A stretch of DNA of 63,559 bases, counting the filler. It is 7 parts of 7 records of this genome, joined end to end, with 100 filler letters (N's around TTAATTAATTAA, not from the genome) between each part and the next. Parts side by side here need not be neighbours in the genome. Positions count along the whole stretch, not along the records: positions 1 to 6,808 come from SRR20825010_93; positions 6,909 to 14,074 come from SRR20825010_95; 5 more parts are not named here. One strand, written 5' to 3'. Each line of letters begins with the position of its first letter. The first letter of the stretch is position 1. Shown here piece by piece: positions 1 through 11,150 of this stretch. The notes under the pieces were generated by a model. The model did no database searches, had not been told where the DNA came from, and saw nothing but the letters and a program-made list of their open reading frames with translations. A program made the translations under genes and the position numbers.

Positions 1-36
1 ACAGTCCGTCCCAGTTGGCCGCTTTGGTATTCCCCC
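1..36 (-). tRNA. tRNA-Tyr(GTA), 5' half, truncated by window start
   Basis: Minus strand reads GGGGGAATACCAAAGCGGCCAACTGGGACGGACTGT: acceptor 5' strand, U8A9, D-arm, anticodon stem ACGGA, loop CTGT(A). The D-arm pattern is Tyr-like; the last anticodon base is outside the window. Confidence 0.8.
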
Positions 37-91
37 AACTAGTGTCACGTTTTAAACCCTTTTTCTCTGGGCTTCCTATCGTAACGGATGG

Positions 92-122
92 CAAAACTAG
101 AAGCTTTTATTAAAGATTCAAA
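92..122 (-). promoter_or_regulatory. Bacteroidota sigma-A promoter (-33 TTTG / -7 TAnnTTTG) upstream of the tRNA
   Basis: Minus strand TTTG-N19-TAGTTTTG matches the Bacteroidota consensus. Confidence 0.55.
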
Positions 123-186
123 ACATGGCTTTCAAATTTCATGATATTTTGATCTATTTATTTCCAAATAATTATAAATCAATGCA

Positions 187-2817
187 TTAATTTTCATCTT
201 TTAATGCCTCAAGAAAATATTGATAGTACATTATCAGCTCTGCGTCCGCTTCTCGAGCGGCAGCCTCACTAATTCTCTTCATTACCTCGGGCTTTTCGGT
301 GAAGCTCAACAATCCCTGAAAAGCTCCCAATCGAACATAGTTTCTGGAGTCATTCTCCATTTTTTCCAGTAAAAAAGTAACTGCATCCATTTCACCCTCC
401 TCAGGAAAACGACTAAAATACTCACTGAAGTACCCCAAGAAAAAATAAAGACCTTCACCAGAAATTGAATTAGCCTTTTCAATGAACCAATTCCCTTTCC
501 CCAAAATAGAGTTCGTAATGTAATAATCAGCTACAGGAATCACCATCCTGAAATTATTTTCTGCCGCGAAACCTTCTATTATACCAGAGTCTATCTTATG
601 ATCAGTGACTGTCACCAAGCCCATCAGTGCAGATCCAGCCACTAAATAGGAAGAATCATTTACTAAATTCAAAAATGTAGTATAATGCTTATCCGGCCCA
701 TATGCAGACAACACATCAAGGGCACCCGCTCTTACAGAATTCTTAGTATCATTCACTGCCATACCCACAACTCTTCTTTCTAGCTCTGGTGTATCTGCAA
801 GCCATTCTGGACGACCTTGAAGAATTGACAAAGCAGACTCCCGGATGGACCAAAACTGATCTTCTAAAGCTGCCGGTAGGATAGATTCCAATTCAGTAGT
901 TGCTTCCCATGCCATCAAACTATCCAATGCCTCATACCGAGCTATTCCAAATATTGATGACCTAAACTGCTCTCGCATTTGATCTGGACTCATTTCAATG
1001 GACTTTTTGGCCAACAAATTCTTTTCTTCATCAATCAATACCAAGTTGACAGGACTGCCATTTTCAAGAGCGATCTCCTGAGAAGCCCTAGTGATCATAA
1101 AGCGCTTACTATTTCTCTTACTGCCCTCATACCAACTCACCTCAAGAGGGAATTGATACAGTGGTGTCGTACTCAAATCCTGAAGCTGCGAAACCGTAAT
1201 AAGGACATTCGAAGGATCTGAATAATCCACCTTGAAATTAATATCTGGATGACCTTTGTCTAGAAACCATTGATTGAAAAACCAATTTAAATCTTCTCCA
1301 CTCACTTTTTCAAATGCTATACGGAGATCATTTACCTCCACGTTATCAAATGCATGCTCCATAAGATAATCGTTAAGTCCTGCGTAAAACGCTTCCGCTC
1401 CCAAATACTCCCGAAGCATATGCAGAATGGCTCCTCCTTTCGAATAACTGTGTGAATCGAATAAATCTTCAGCATTTTCATATTCAAAACGAACTAACTC
1501 AACCTGCTTTGTTTCTGCCTCCGCAAAGTAATTCTCCGTCTCAGCTATCAACTTCAATTTTGCCTCATCTGCCCCATACTTATATTCATTCCACAAGAAC
1601 TCACTGTAATTAGCAAACCCCTCATTTAAAGTAATATTTGCCCAAGATTCTGTGGTCACATAGTCGCCAAACCACTGGTGAAAAAGCTCATGAGCAATAA
1701 TGTAATCCCATTCAGAATCAATAGCTTCTCGTTCTGTCAGCCTCAATTCCTCCATGAAAATAGAAGCAGTAGTATTTTCCATCGCACCCGACACAAAGTC
1801 ACGGACAACGATTTGATCATATTTTGGCCAAGGATACTTCACGCCTAGTAACTCGGAGAAGAATCCAATCATTTCAGGTGTATTCTTAAAAACTTTTTCA
1901 GCGCCCTTTTCATAACCTTTTTCTACAAAATAGCCCAACGGAACATCTTCCCATTGTGCAGTCACTTTTCCAAAATCACCAATAGCAAAAGCTGCCAAAT
2001 AAGGTGAATGTGGAAGCTTCAGTTCCCAGTAATCCTTTCTCAATCCATTACCCAAATTCTCCTGGCGAATCAATTCCCCATTACCAATACTGATCAAGGA
2101 ATCCAGAACAGTTAGCTTGATCAGTTGGGTGAATTTCTCATTTGGACTATCTATCGTAGGAAACCATTTAGAATTATGGGCGGTCTCGCCCTGGGTCCAG
2201 ATCATCGTCGGTTTATCTGCCACTGTATCCAGTGGATCTATGAAATAAAGCCCTTTGGTATCAGTGATAGCAGCACTTCCCTCTCCCGCATTTCGTTCTG
2301 GAAAGGCCGTATAATCGAATGTAATCTGGAAAGTGTCTTTTCTTGTCAACTGTCTAGGTAATTGAATTCTAATTTTTTGGTCATCGTATTGATAACGCAA
2401 GGATTCAAGATCACCCTTTTGCGAGAAAAATATTTCACCTAACTCAAAGTCCTGAGCATCTAGGGTCAATTCATTTTGGGCGTAGAAAAAGGGCTTAATG
2501 GTAAGTATGGCTGTGCCTATCACTGACTGATTCAGGTAATCAAAAGCCAAATCCAACTCAGTGTGCAATATGTCAAAATCCTTTTTTTCAGATGGCTGAT
2601 AGCTCTTTATAGCTAGTTCCTCTGTAGCAATTAGCGCTTTAATCATCGAACTATCAATTTCGGCTAAATGAGTTTCAGTAGCCAAGATCAGACCATCATC
2701 AACCTCCACAGCCCCTTGATTAGTCTTGCACGCCATCAAAATTACTACAAAAAAAAGAGCTGGTAGTTTCGTCACAATCCATCGATAGCTAAGGTTCTTT
2801 AGGGTCAATTGATTCAT
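187..2817 (-). CDS. M1 family zinc aminopeptidase with C-terminal HEAT-like repeats, probable lipoprotein
   Basis: GAMEN and HELFH-X18-E motifs; ILMAC lipobox-like N-terminus. Confidence 0.92.
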   Translation of the reverse strand: MNQLTLKNLSYRWIVTKLPALFFVVILMACKTNQGAVEVDDGLILATETHLAEIDSSMIKALIATEELAIKSYQPSEKKDFDILHTELDLAFDYLNQSVIGTAILTIKPFFYAQNELTLDAQDFELGEIFFSQKGDLESLRYQYDDQKIRIQLPRQLTRKDTFQITFDYTAFPERNAGEGSAAITDTKGLYFIDPLDTVADKPTMIWTQGETAHNSKWFPTIDSPNEKFTQLIKLTVLDSLISIGNGELIRQENLGNGLRKDYWELKLPHSPYLAAFAIGDFGKVTAQWEDVPLGYFVEKGYEKGAEKVFKNTPEMIGFFSELLGVKYPWPKYDQIVVRDFVSGAMENTTASIFMEELRLTEREAIDSEWDYIIAHELFHQWFGDYVTTESWANITLNEGFANYSEFLWNEYKYGADEAKLKLIAETENYFAEAETKQVELVRFEYENAEDLFDSHSYSKGGAILHMLREYLGAEAFYAGLNDYLMEHAFDNVEVNDLRIAFEKVSGEDLNWFFNQWFLDKGHPDINFKVDYSDPSNVLITVSQLQDLSTTPLYQFPLEVSWYEGSKRNSKRFMITRASQEIALENGSPVNLVLIDEEKNLLAKKSIEMSPDQMREQFRSSIFGIARYEALDSLMAWEATTELESILPAALEDQFWSIRESALSILQGRPEWLADTPELERRVVGMAVNDTKNSVRAGALDVLSAYGPDKHYTTFLNLVNDSSYLVAGSALMGLVTVTDHKIDSGIIEGFAAENNFRMVIPVADYYITNSILGKGNWFIEKANSISGEGLYFFLGYFSEYFSRFPEEGEMDAVTFLLEKMENDSRNYVRLGAFQGLLSFTEKPEVMKRISEAAAREADAELIMYYQYFLEALKDEN

Positions 2818-2883
2818 ATTTAAAGCGTAAGAATGGGTTTCTGTTTTAGGGGAAATTGTATATTCGGCTTCAAATTAACATGA

Positions 2884-3378
2884 ATGTTTACAGTTACCAT
2901 CCAAAATAAGAGCTATTCGGTAGAAAAAGCCGAAGACACAATCCAAGTAAATGGAAAAACGATCAACTGGGATCTTCAGTGGGTTTCTGATCGGAAAATT
3001 CACCTGATTTATGAAAATAAGTCACTTGAGGCTGAATTGATTTCCATAGACAAAGAATCGAAAAGCGTCCAAATTAGATTTGGTGATAAAGTTTCAACCC
3101 TGCAACTCAAGGATAGATTTGACATCCTGTTAGAGCAAATGGGAATGAATAACACTGCATCTAACGCTTTGAAGGAAATTAAAGCGCCGATGCCAGGATT
3201 GATATTAGACCTGAAAGTACAGCCAGGAGATGAAGTAGCCAAAGGTGATGTTGTATTGATCTTAGAGGCGATGAAAATGGAGAATATTATCAAAGCGCCA
3301 GGCGATGGTATAGTAAAAGCCGTAAAAGTTTCTCTCAATCAAAGCGTAGAAAAAAATCAAGTCTTGATTCAATTTTAG
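2884..3378 (+). CDS. Biotin carboxyl carrier (biotin/lipoyl attachment) protein
   Basis: KAPMPG and EAMKMEN biotinylation motif. Confidence 0.92.
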   Translation: MFTVTIQNKSYSVEKAEDTIQVNGKTINWDLQWVSDRKIHLIYENKSLEAELISIDKESKSVQIRFGDKVSTLQLKDRFDILLEQMGMNNTASNALKEIKAPMPGLILDLKVQPGDEVAKGDVVLILEAMKMENIIKAPGDGIVKAVKVSLNQSVEKNQVLIQF

Positions 3379-3564
3379 CTTTTAAGCCTAGCATAATGAA
3401 ATGAACAAATTATATTTGTCGGATTATTTTGTGCAAATCGGGCTACGCTCGATCCTTTTTCAGTCAATTTGCTAAAGATTTTTAGCTCCAACCTGAGAAT
3501 AACTCGCCTCAAATAATCGCAACAATAGCGATAAAAAAAACCTCTGAAATACAATACCAAACAC

Positions 3565-4278
3565 ATGAAATACAAGAGAATACTGCTCAAACTCAGTGGA
3601 GAAGCGCTAATGGGTGACAAGAATTACGGCATTGACCCAGCTAGATTGCAGCAATACACAGAGGAGATCAAGAAGGTACATGACATGGGTGTGGAAATTG
3701 CAATCGTAATCGGCGGTGGCAATATTTTCAGAGGAGTGCAAGCTGAATCATCCGGAATCGACAGAGTTCAGGGTGACTACATGGGCATGCTCGCTACCTT
3801 GATTAATGCTATGGCGCTTCAAAGTGCACTGGAGCAAGGCGGAATGTACACCCGTCTAATGTCTGGTATCAAAATCGAAAGTGTTTGCGAACCTTTTATC
3901 CGCAGAAGAGCTATTCGACACTTGGAAAAAGGTCGAATTGTGATTTTTGGAGCTGGGATAGGCAACCCATATTTCACGACCGATTCTACAGCAAGTTTGA
4001 GAGCTATTGAAGTAGAAGCAGATATTGTATTGAAAGGAACAAGAGTGGATGGAGTCTATACCGCTGACCCGGAAAAAGATCCTACAGCCACAAAATATAA
4101 AACCATTTCGTTTCACGAAGTGTATGAAAAGAACCTAAACGTCATGGATATGACTGCATTTACACTTTGTCAGGAAAACAACCTGCCAATCATTGTATTT
4201 GACATGAACTTGTCTGGAAACCTAAGCAAATTGGTACAAGGCGAAGAAATAGGAACTTTGATCACTTCTTTAAACTAA
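3565..4278 (+). CDS. pyrH: UMP kinase
   Basis: [35 protein letters not shown] motifs; adjacent to frr. Confidence 0.98.
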   Translation: MKYKRILLKLSGEALMGDKNYGIDPARLQQYTEEIKKVHDMGVEIAIVIGGGNIFRGVQAESSGIDRVQGDYMGMLATLINAMALQSALEQGGMYTRLMSGIKIESVCEPFIRRRAIRHLEKGRIVIFGAGIGNPYFTTDSTASLRAIEVEADIVLKGTRVDGVYTADPEKDPTATKYKTISFHEVYEKNLNVMDMTAFTLCQENNLPIIVFDMNLSGNLSKLVQGEEIGTLITSLN

Positions 4279-4284
4279 AAAAAC

Positions 4285-4845
4285 ATGGAAGAAATCGAAT
4301 TATACTTAGACGAAGCAAAAGAATTGATGCAAAAAGCAGTGGATCATACTTCTGCTGAGCTTTTGAAAATCCGTGCTGGAAAGGCAATGCCAAATCTTCT
4401 GGACGGAATTATGGTTCAGTATTACGGAGCTAATACTCCTTTGAGCCAAGTATCATCAGTAAACACACCTGATGCCCGAACACTTTCCATAAAGCCTTTT
4501 GAGCGCACGATGATCTCTGAGATCGAAAAGGCGATCATTAATTCAGACCTTGGTCTGGCTCCGCAAAACAATGGAGAAGTGATCATTCTTACTATTCCGG
4601 CACTTACGGAAGAAAGACGAATTAACTTGGTAAAACAAGCTAAGCACGAATGTGACGGCGGAAAAATATCCCTACGAACAGTACGCAAGGACATCAATGA
4701 CGAACTGAAAAAGCTTCAAAAAGATGGTGCCGCAGAAGACGAAATCAAAAGAGCTGAGGACGTTGTACAAAAGCTAACCGATCAATATTCGGTTAAAATA
4801 GATGAACTGTTAGCGAAAAAAGAAATAGACATCATGAAAGTCTAA
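4285..4845 (+). CDS. frr: Ribosome recycling factor
   Basis: IRAGKA, YYG, IEKAIINSDLGLAP, PALTEERR, KEIDIMKV motifs; pyrH-frr synteny. Confidence 0.97.
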   Translation: MEEIELYLDEAKELMQKAVDHTSAELLKIRAGKAMPNLLDGIMVQYYGANTPLSQVSSVNTPDARTLSIKPFERTMISEIEKAIINSDLGLAPQNNGEVIILTIPALTEERRINLVKQAKHECDGGKISLRTVRKDINDELKKLQKDGAAEDEIKRAEDVVQKLTDQYSVKIDELLAKKEIDIMKV

Positions 4846-4846
4846 T

Positions 4847-4883
4847 CATTAAAAAACCCGGTTTTATACCGGGTTTTTTAATG
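4847..4883. terminator. Bidirectional intrinsic terminator
   Basis: CATTAAAAAACCCGGT-loop-ACCGGGTTTTTTAATG inverted repeat between convergent genes. Confidence 0.85.
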
Positions 4884-4898
4884 CTCTGATTTTTTAAA

Positions 4899-6808
4899 TT
4901 AATTATCAATATTCACATTGATAAAGGTAGCAACCCCAAACCTCACTCCCCCACGTAGGAAGTTATTGTTTTCAAATCCTGCTCCCATTTCCAATCGGAA
5001 AATTCGGAATAGATTATCCAAGGAATAGCCAACTTCCAAATAATGGGGTGAATTGTCTGTTTTTAGATAATTGAAGAAGATATTCTCTCTTAGTCCTGAA
5101 AATCTCAACATCGGTAATTGAGTAAAAAGAAATTTCCTAAACTGGTAATGTACAATACCTGAGAAGTACTTAGAGTTTGTGCTGTACTTGTAGTAATCCA
5201 TAAAGCGATAATTGGAGGCAGGACCAAAGTTGGAGAAGATCGTACGATTGCCACCGAAGTGCTGAAAATCCGGGAAATACACTTGGTCATTGGACAAAAA
5301 TGCTCCTGCCGAAAGATTGAAATCCAGCTTTCCACTTACTCCAAAAGTGTAGTTATGCTGGATCCCTAGCTCCAAGTGATCAAAATCTGCCGCTGTTCCA
5401 TCACCACTAACGCCTCCAAACGCTTTATTATAAGCGAGCTTAACCAAGGGAGACCGATCATTTATAGCATACTTTCGCCCGTTTCTGATCCCGTATTTTA
5501 TTCCCGGCCTCCACTCTAGTTCGGTATTCAATTTTAGAATATCATGATCTCCAAATGATCCCGGACTTGTCTCTACATTCTCTGGCTGGTTGGAAGTATA
5601 TTCCCTTCCTTCCTTATTGTAGAAACTGTAATTATTCGTGTCAAAAAGTTCTGCACGATGAGCATAAGTCATATTAACTCGATAGGTAATACCTCCATTT
5701 ACTCGATGCGCCCAATATGCTTGCGCAAAATCCTGCTCGTATAGCTTCATGTAATTCTGTCTAAAAATCAAGGAATAAAGGGCATTTACCTGTTCGTTGA
5801 TCGGCTCTCCCCCATTGAATTGATAGATATATCTACCGCCTCTTACTCCGAATGTTGTGCCTGATATAGGCAAGGTGCTGGACCATCGGAAATCAACTTT
5901 TCCATAAAAACGATTGCTTGAAAAGCCATATCGCAACTCAGGTTCAATATTGAAGCTTTTGCGATGTGTGCTTACACTATCAGCCAATTTGGTGGATGAC
6001 TGCTTTCTGTAAAACAATCCTACTCCAACCTTGAAACCTTCAACAGTATTGAAAGAAGTCTTTGTCCAGTTTTGCTTGAATCCTATAGAAACTCCCTTAC
6101 CCATGCTATATGAAGCGCCATTCATGAAGTCCAGCGGTCTCATCTTTCTCTTAGCTTTTTGAGCTACTGAATCCACATCACTCATCTTAGCTACCTCCAC
6201 TGTCGCCAAACTATCATCCCGCTGATATCCCTCAATCTCACTCTCGGTCAGTGGAACGGGACGAATGCTGTCCCAATAAGCTTGGTCATACTTTTTGGCC
6301 ATAGAATCCACTTCATAGTAACTTTCCTGAACTACATCTGGCACTTCGAGTTCTTTCAGTGACTCCTTCTCATATTCATTCAGAAGTTTGCGATATTCTT
6401 TTCTAGTTTTAGGTTCCTCCTTAGCCAGCTGTTCCAAGGCAGATACAGACTTATTAAAAGCCACCGCATCTTCAGGGACTTCCTGTACTTTTTCATCGAT
6501 AATTTCAGGTACGACTTCCAGATCTGGATTCAGTTCTATTTCATATTCACGGGTAGAAGCCAAGTATTTGAAATTCCCTTCAAAGCCGAAAATCTTACCG
6601 CCAAAGTCATATGTATGCGTCAACGGCATCCAGACATTGTCAGCTACTGGCGCATATTGTTGCTTAGCTTGGATCTGAAACCCCAACATAGAGGTCTGCA
6701 AGTTCAGGCTATGAATCGCCCATAAATCCTCGATAATGTAGATAAAGCCTTCAAAGACCTGCTCTCCTCTTGATCTTGGGGTGACCTTGATCTTGCTCAC
6801 CATTACAT
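4899..6808 (-). CDS. DUF5686-type Bacteroidota outer-membrane protein, 5'-truncated
   Basis: FEGFIYIIEDLWAI, YWDSIRPVPLT, FNTVEG, LEVGYSLDNLFRIFR motifs; the ORF runs into the linker. Confidence 0.75.
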
Positions 6809-6908
6809 NNNNNNNNNNNNNNNNNNNNNNNNNNNNNNNNNNNNNNNNNNNNTTAATTAATTAANNNNNNNNNNNNNNNNNNNNNNNNNNNNNNNNNNNN
6901 NNNNNNNN
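6809..6908. other. Artificial contig linker
   Basis: N44-TTAATTAATTAA-N44, which places stops in all six frames. Confidence 0.99.
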
Positions 6909-6991
6909 AATTGGGTGCGGCCTTTTGTTTTTCGGCGTCGCTACCAAGCGGCTTTGGCGGGTGTTATGCCGTTCTAATTCACGTGGCCTTT

Positions 6992-7420
6992 TTACCGGCT
7001 GGCTTCAATCCTGATGCCATCGCTGCCGGTCAGAATCAGATGCCCCTGCTTGTTAAGCTTGGCGTGATTGATGCCCTTGAGGGCATCCACAAATTGCCGC
7101 TCCATGTCCATCAGCGGGGGCGGACAGGCTTTCATGGTCATGCCACCGGTCTGGATGGTGAAGCTGTCCTTGTTCTGCACATAGCTGGCCATGTAGTTGT
7201 TGCAGGCAGCTTTTCCGGCCAGCTGGCCGGGCTGATGAAAATTCAGGGTTAGGGTGGCGTCACCTACGGGCTCACCGTTGAGTGAGGTGACGGACCAGAC
7301 ATCTCCCCGTAACTGGTTTTCTTCGATCATGGTGTGCGCCCCGCTGGTGGGTTGGCCGGTGCAGGCAGCCAGTGCCAGTACGGTACCGGTCAGCAGAAGA
7401 GGGAGACGGAATGCGTTCAT
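6992..7420 (-). CDS. META-domain (HslJ-like) lipoprotein
   Basis: LALAAC lipobox; GKAACNNY and TMKAC motifs. Confidence 0.9.
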   Translation of the reverse strand: MNAFRLPLLLTGTVLALAACTGQPTSGAHTMIEENQLRGDVWSVTSLNGEPVGDATLTLNFHQPGQLAGKAACNNYMASYVQNKDSFTIQTGGMTMKACPPPLMDMERQFVDALKGINHAKLNKQGHLILTGSDGIRIEASR

Positions 7421-7612
7421 GGTGGATCCTTGTGGTTCGGAATGGGTCTTTAGCCGTTAGTCTGCGTGCCGACCGATATGGTTCCCGCATTGTGGTCAAC
7501 TTGATCTGGAGCAAGGTTGGCGCCATTGGCATGGCTACGCGCGTTGACTGCTTGTGGGGGAAGAGGACAATGCACTGAATCCTCTCTTCTCTGATCGCAA
7601 TAATGGCGGGCC

Positions 7613-7939
7613 ATGCTGAATACATTGCTGGAATTTTATATTGAGCACCAGTGGTTGGCGTTGCCGCTGGCCATGTTGTCTGCGGTGGGGGTGGGCATAT
7701 TGTGGATGGGCTGGCTCAGTTTGATGCTGACAGCATTCGGTCAGCGGCGCTGGCTATGGGGGGTTGCGATTTTGCTGCTGCCCGTGCCGGCGTCTCCGTG
7801 TTTTGCGCTGCGTCACCCGACGCTGAACCCCTGGGCCAATCGGCTGGTGTTATGGGGGCTGCTGCTGGCGCTGCCGATCCTGATGTTAACCGGCTGGTGG
7901 GGCTGGCTGGCATTGACTCAGGCAGCGCCCGCCGCCTGA
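7613..7939 (+). CDS. Small integral membrane protein
   Basis: Three hydrophobic segments; fits the intergenic space with ATG start. Confidence 0.7.
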   Translation: MLNTLLEFYIEHQWLALPLAMLSAVGVGILWMGWLSLMLTAFGQRRWLWGVAILLLPVPASPCFALRHPTLNPWANRLVLWGLLLALPILMLTGWWGWLALTQAAPAA

Positions 7940-8584
7940 TCAGTCTTCGTGGTTTGTCAGCCAGTGTGCCGGCCGGTCCGGCTTGGCATAGCTCAGACGG
8001 CCGATACGTTGGCTGCGGTGGTAGCTGTCCAGTCCCGACAGGGCCACCGTCCCGGCCTGTTCAATATCCACAAAGCCATCATCGCCCAGCACCTCGTCGG
8101 GGAGCAGGATATGTTCGATGGCACCGATCACCAGCACGGTGTTGTTCATCGCCAGGGTTTGCACTTCCCTCACTGCCATCCCCAGTTTTATCCGCGCTTG
8201 CGCCACGAAGGGGGCGGAAAAGTCGGGAAGATAGGTCGAGCGTAGCCCGGTAGCAGCAAACTCGGAGATCTCCCGGGGATAACGGGCGGCGGTCTGGTGA
8301 GCAGCTTCAAGGATGTCAGCATGGACCTGGTTGAGCGTATAAACGCCCGTGTCTTGCAGGTATTCCAGGCTATGCCGATCCACCGAATGCGGACGCAGAA
8401 TCATCCCCATCAAGGCCGGGTCGGCCCCGAGATGAAAACAGGAGCCAACCATGGCCAGGTTTTCCTGCCCGCTCTTGGAGCGGGTGCCCACCAGGTTGGC
8501 ACTTTTGAAGCCGGACAGGCTATTGACCAGATTGACCCGCTCCCCGCGGGGCAAATCCTTGAGTGTATCGGCTGTCAGATGCAT
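7940..8584 (-). CDS. Flavin reductase-like protein
   Basis: NSLSGFKSANLVGT, FHLGADP, AHQTAARY, SGLDSYH family motifs. Confidence 0.88.
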   Translation of the reverse strand: MHLTADTLKDLPRGERVNLVNSLSGFKSANLVGTRSKSGQENLAMVGSCFHLGADPALMGMILRPHSVDRHSLEYLQDTGVYTLNQVHADILEAAHQTAARYPREISEFAATGLRSTYLPDFSAPFVAQARIKLGMAVREVQTLAMNNTVLVIGAIEHILLPDEVLGDDGFVDIEQAGTVALSGLDSYHRSQRIGRLSYAKPDRPAHWLTNHED

Positions 8585-8654
8585 GGTGTGATTCCTCCCA
8601 GGCCCGTATTATCGGCAGGTGCCGTGAGTAAACCGTGGAGACCCGTTACCGGCT

Positions 8655-9614
8655 ATGGCAAACCCTTTCGATCGCGATCAGATTATTCAGCAGTGGCAGC
8701 CCTTGAATTGGGAGGCTTTCGACCCGCTGAGTGAATCCAGCCAGCGCTATGTGGCGTACTACGGTCTCAATTTTGCCGATCGCCTGCCGGACCTGGAACA
8801 TGGCTTCGGTTATTTCGAGGCGGCGGGGCATATGCTTTCCGTGCATGGCTGGCGACCCAGGCCGCCCCATCAGTCCCGTGGCACGGTGCTGATCTGTCAC
8901 GGTTACTTTGACCATGTGGGATTGTACCGGCATGTAATCGGACATGTGCTGGAACTGGGTTATGCGGTGCTGGCCTATGATTTGCCGGGCCATGGTCTGA
9001 GCACCGGCCCGCAGGCCGTGATCGACGATTTCCGTACCTACCGCGACGTGCTGGAGCAATGTCTGTCACTGGCTACCAATTCTTTTCCCAAGCCCTGGCA
9101 TGTGATTGCCCAAAGTACCGGCGGTGCCATCGTGATGGATTACCTGGTCAGCCGTGGTGAGGGTGATGAAAACCCTTTTGAGCAGGTCATTCTGCTGGCA
9201 CCTCTGGTGCGACCGTTCAAGTGGGGAACCGCGCGCTGGTTACACACCGTGGTCAGCCCGTTTGCCAAAACCCTGAAACGGGTTTTTACCATCAATTCCA
9301 ACGATCCGGATTTCCTCGATTTTCTGGAAAACAGGGACCCGTTGCAGGCGCGGCGTATTTCCGCCATCTGGGTGAGCGCCCTGAAGAAATGGATGCCGGG
9401 TTTTGAAAAAGCGTCGCGAATAAAGGTGTCGCCGGTGGTGATTCAGGGGGACAAGGATGAAACGGTTGATTGGCAATACAACCTGGAGATGATCAAGAAA
9501 AAATTTGAAAGCCCCGATATTCGTATGCTGCCCGGGGCTCGTCACCAACTTGCCAATGAGAATGAAGCGTTCAGACGTAAAATTTTCGCGATTATTGACG
9601 AGTATCTGGCGTAA
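8655..9614 (+). CDS. Alpha/beta hydrolase (lysophospholipase-like)
   Basis: HGYFDH, DLPGHGLS, AQSTGG nucleophile elbow, QGDKDETVD, H in ARHQL. Confidence 0.9.
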   Translation: MANPFDRDQIIQQWQPLNWEAFDPLSESSQRYVAYYGLNFADRLPDLEHGFGYFEAAGHMLSVHGWRPRPPHQSRGTVLICHGYFDHVGLYRHVIGHVLELGYAVLAYDLPGHGLSTGPQAVIDDFRTYRDVLEQCLSLATNSFPKPWHVIAQSTGGAIVMDYLVSRGEGDENPFEQVILLAPLVRPFKWGTARWLHTVVSPFAKTLKRVFTINSNDPDFLDFLENRDPLQARRISAIWVSALKKWMPGFEKASRIKVSPVVIQGDKDETVDWQYNLEMIKKKFESPDIRMLPGARHQLANENEAFRRKIFAIIDEYLA

Positions 9615-9715
9615 AGCCATTTTTTTACGCTTTGTTACTTGAGCCCGTTGCAGCTTTGTAACAATGTGGATTCACGGTTCCTGACTAGGGAATTTTGTGT
9701 TTTTACAAGGAGTCT

Positions 9716-10243
9716 ATGATGAACAGTAAATGGATGTTGGCCGCTGCTTCCGGTGCGGTCTTGTTGAGTCAGGCTGCCATGGCAGACCTGAATGCAGGCG
9801 TCAATGCTGCCGTGAATGCTCAGGCAGATGCCGATGCTGCTGAACAGACTGTTCGTGACCAGCGAGATGCGGCAAAAGCAGATGCCAAGCAGGCAGAAAA
9901 AGATGCGCGGGCGCAGCGCGATCAAATGGAGAGCGATGTCAAAGCCCGCCATGACGCGATGAAAGAAGACGCCAAGGCAAAGCGTGATGCCATGAAGGAT
10001 GACGCAAACGCCATGGGTGATGATGCCCGGGCCAAGCACGAAGCCAACATGAAAAAAATGGAAGAGAACCGTGACGCCGCGCGTCAACGTCATGAAGATG
10101 CCATGAATAATGCGCAAGGGGCTGGTGCCAATGCCAACGCTGAAATGAAAGCGGGTGCCGCAGGTGTCAATGCGGAGGCGAAAGCGGATGCCAAGGCGGA
10201 CGCTGAGAAGAAAGAAAAATCCTGGTATAACTTCTGGGATTAA
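9716..10243 (+). CDS. Secreted Ala/Asp/Lys-rich helical repeat protein (LEA-like)
   Basis: AAGGAG RBS before ATG 9716; signal peptide ending AAMA; roughly 11-residue repeats; C-terminal KSWYNFWD. Confidence 0.75.
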   Translation: MMNSKWMLAAASGAVLLSQAAMADLNAGVNAAVNAQADADAAEQTVRDQRDAAKADAKQAEKDARAQRDQMESDVKARHDAMKEDAKAKRDAMKDDANAMGDDARAKHEANMKKMEENRDAARQRHEDAMNNAQGAGANANAEMKAGAAGVNAEAKADAKADAEKKEKSWYNFWD

Positions 10244-10261
10244 TATTCTTTCCGGGAAAAG

Positions 10262-10290
10262 AAAAAGGCCGCGATTCGCGGCCTTTTTTT
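10262..10290. terminator. Bidirectional intrinsic terminator
   Basis: AAAAAGGCCGCGA-T-TCGCGGCCTTTTTTT. Confidence 0.85.
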
Positions 10291-10340
10291 GGTTCTTTTG
10301 AGCATTGATTGATGAACAGTTTTTAACGGTTTCTGTCGTC

Positions 10341-10994
10341 TCAGTATTGGTTCACGGTGCCATTTTCGCCTACCAGCACCACGTCGGCAGGCCGCTTGGC
10401 GAACAGGCCATTGGTGACGACGCCGACAATATTGTTGAGCGTGGTTTCCAGTTCAATCGGGTTGGTGATATCCAGGTTGTGGACGTCCAGAATGATATTG
10501 CCGTTGTCCGTAACAAAGCCTTCGCGGTATTCCGGTTGCCCACCCAGTGCGACGAGTTTACGGGCCACATAAGAGCGGGCCATGGGGATCACTTCTACCG
10601 GTAGCGGAAACGCGCCGAGGCGTTTCACCTGCTTGGAGGCATCCACAATGCAGATGAATTCCCGTGCTGCGGCGGCGACAATTTTTTCCCGGGTGAGTGC
10701 GCCGCCGCCGCCTTTGATCATTTCCCGGTGGCTGTTCACTTCGTCTGCGCCGTCCACATACACCGATAGGTTCCCCACGTCATTCAATGAAATGACCTCG
10801 ATGCCATGCTGTTTGAGCCGCTCGGCGGTGGCATCCGAGCTGGCTACCGCGCCCTTGATGCGGTCTTTCAGAGAGGCCAGTCCGTCGATAAAGAAGTTGG
10901 CGGTGGAGCCGGTGCCCACGCCGATGATTTCCCCTTCGGGGACAAAGCGCAGCGCGGCTTCAGCCACCTGCTTTTTCAGCGCATCCTGATCCAT
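10341..10994 (-). CDS. rpiA: Ribose-5-phosphate isomerase A
   Basis: [31 protein letters not shown] motifs. Confidence 0.98.
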   Translation of the reverse strand: MDQDALKKQVAEAALRFVPEGEIIGVGTGSTANFFIDGLASLKDRIKGAVASSDATAERLKQHGIEVISLNDVGNLSVYVDGADEVNSHREMIKGGGGALTREKIVAAAAREFICIVDASKQVKRLGAFPLPVEVIPMARSYVARKLVALGGQPEYREGFVTDNGNIILDVHNLDITNPIELETTLNNIVGVVTNGLFAKRPADVVLVGENGTVNQY

Positions 10995-11150
10995 GAGGCT
11001 GTCCTGTCGTAGTGTGGGTGTGTGTCGACCGTGAAAGGTGCGCCAATTATAGGCCAGCGGCGCCCCTGACTCGACCCCGACCTATCGCATTTGTGGCGGC
11101 CAGCCCCTAGACTATTCCTTTCCCTTCACAGAATGAGCCCGGAACCCTCC

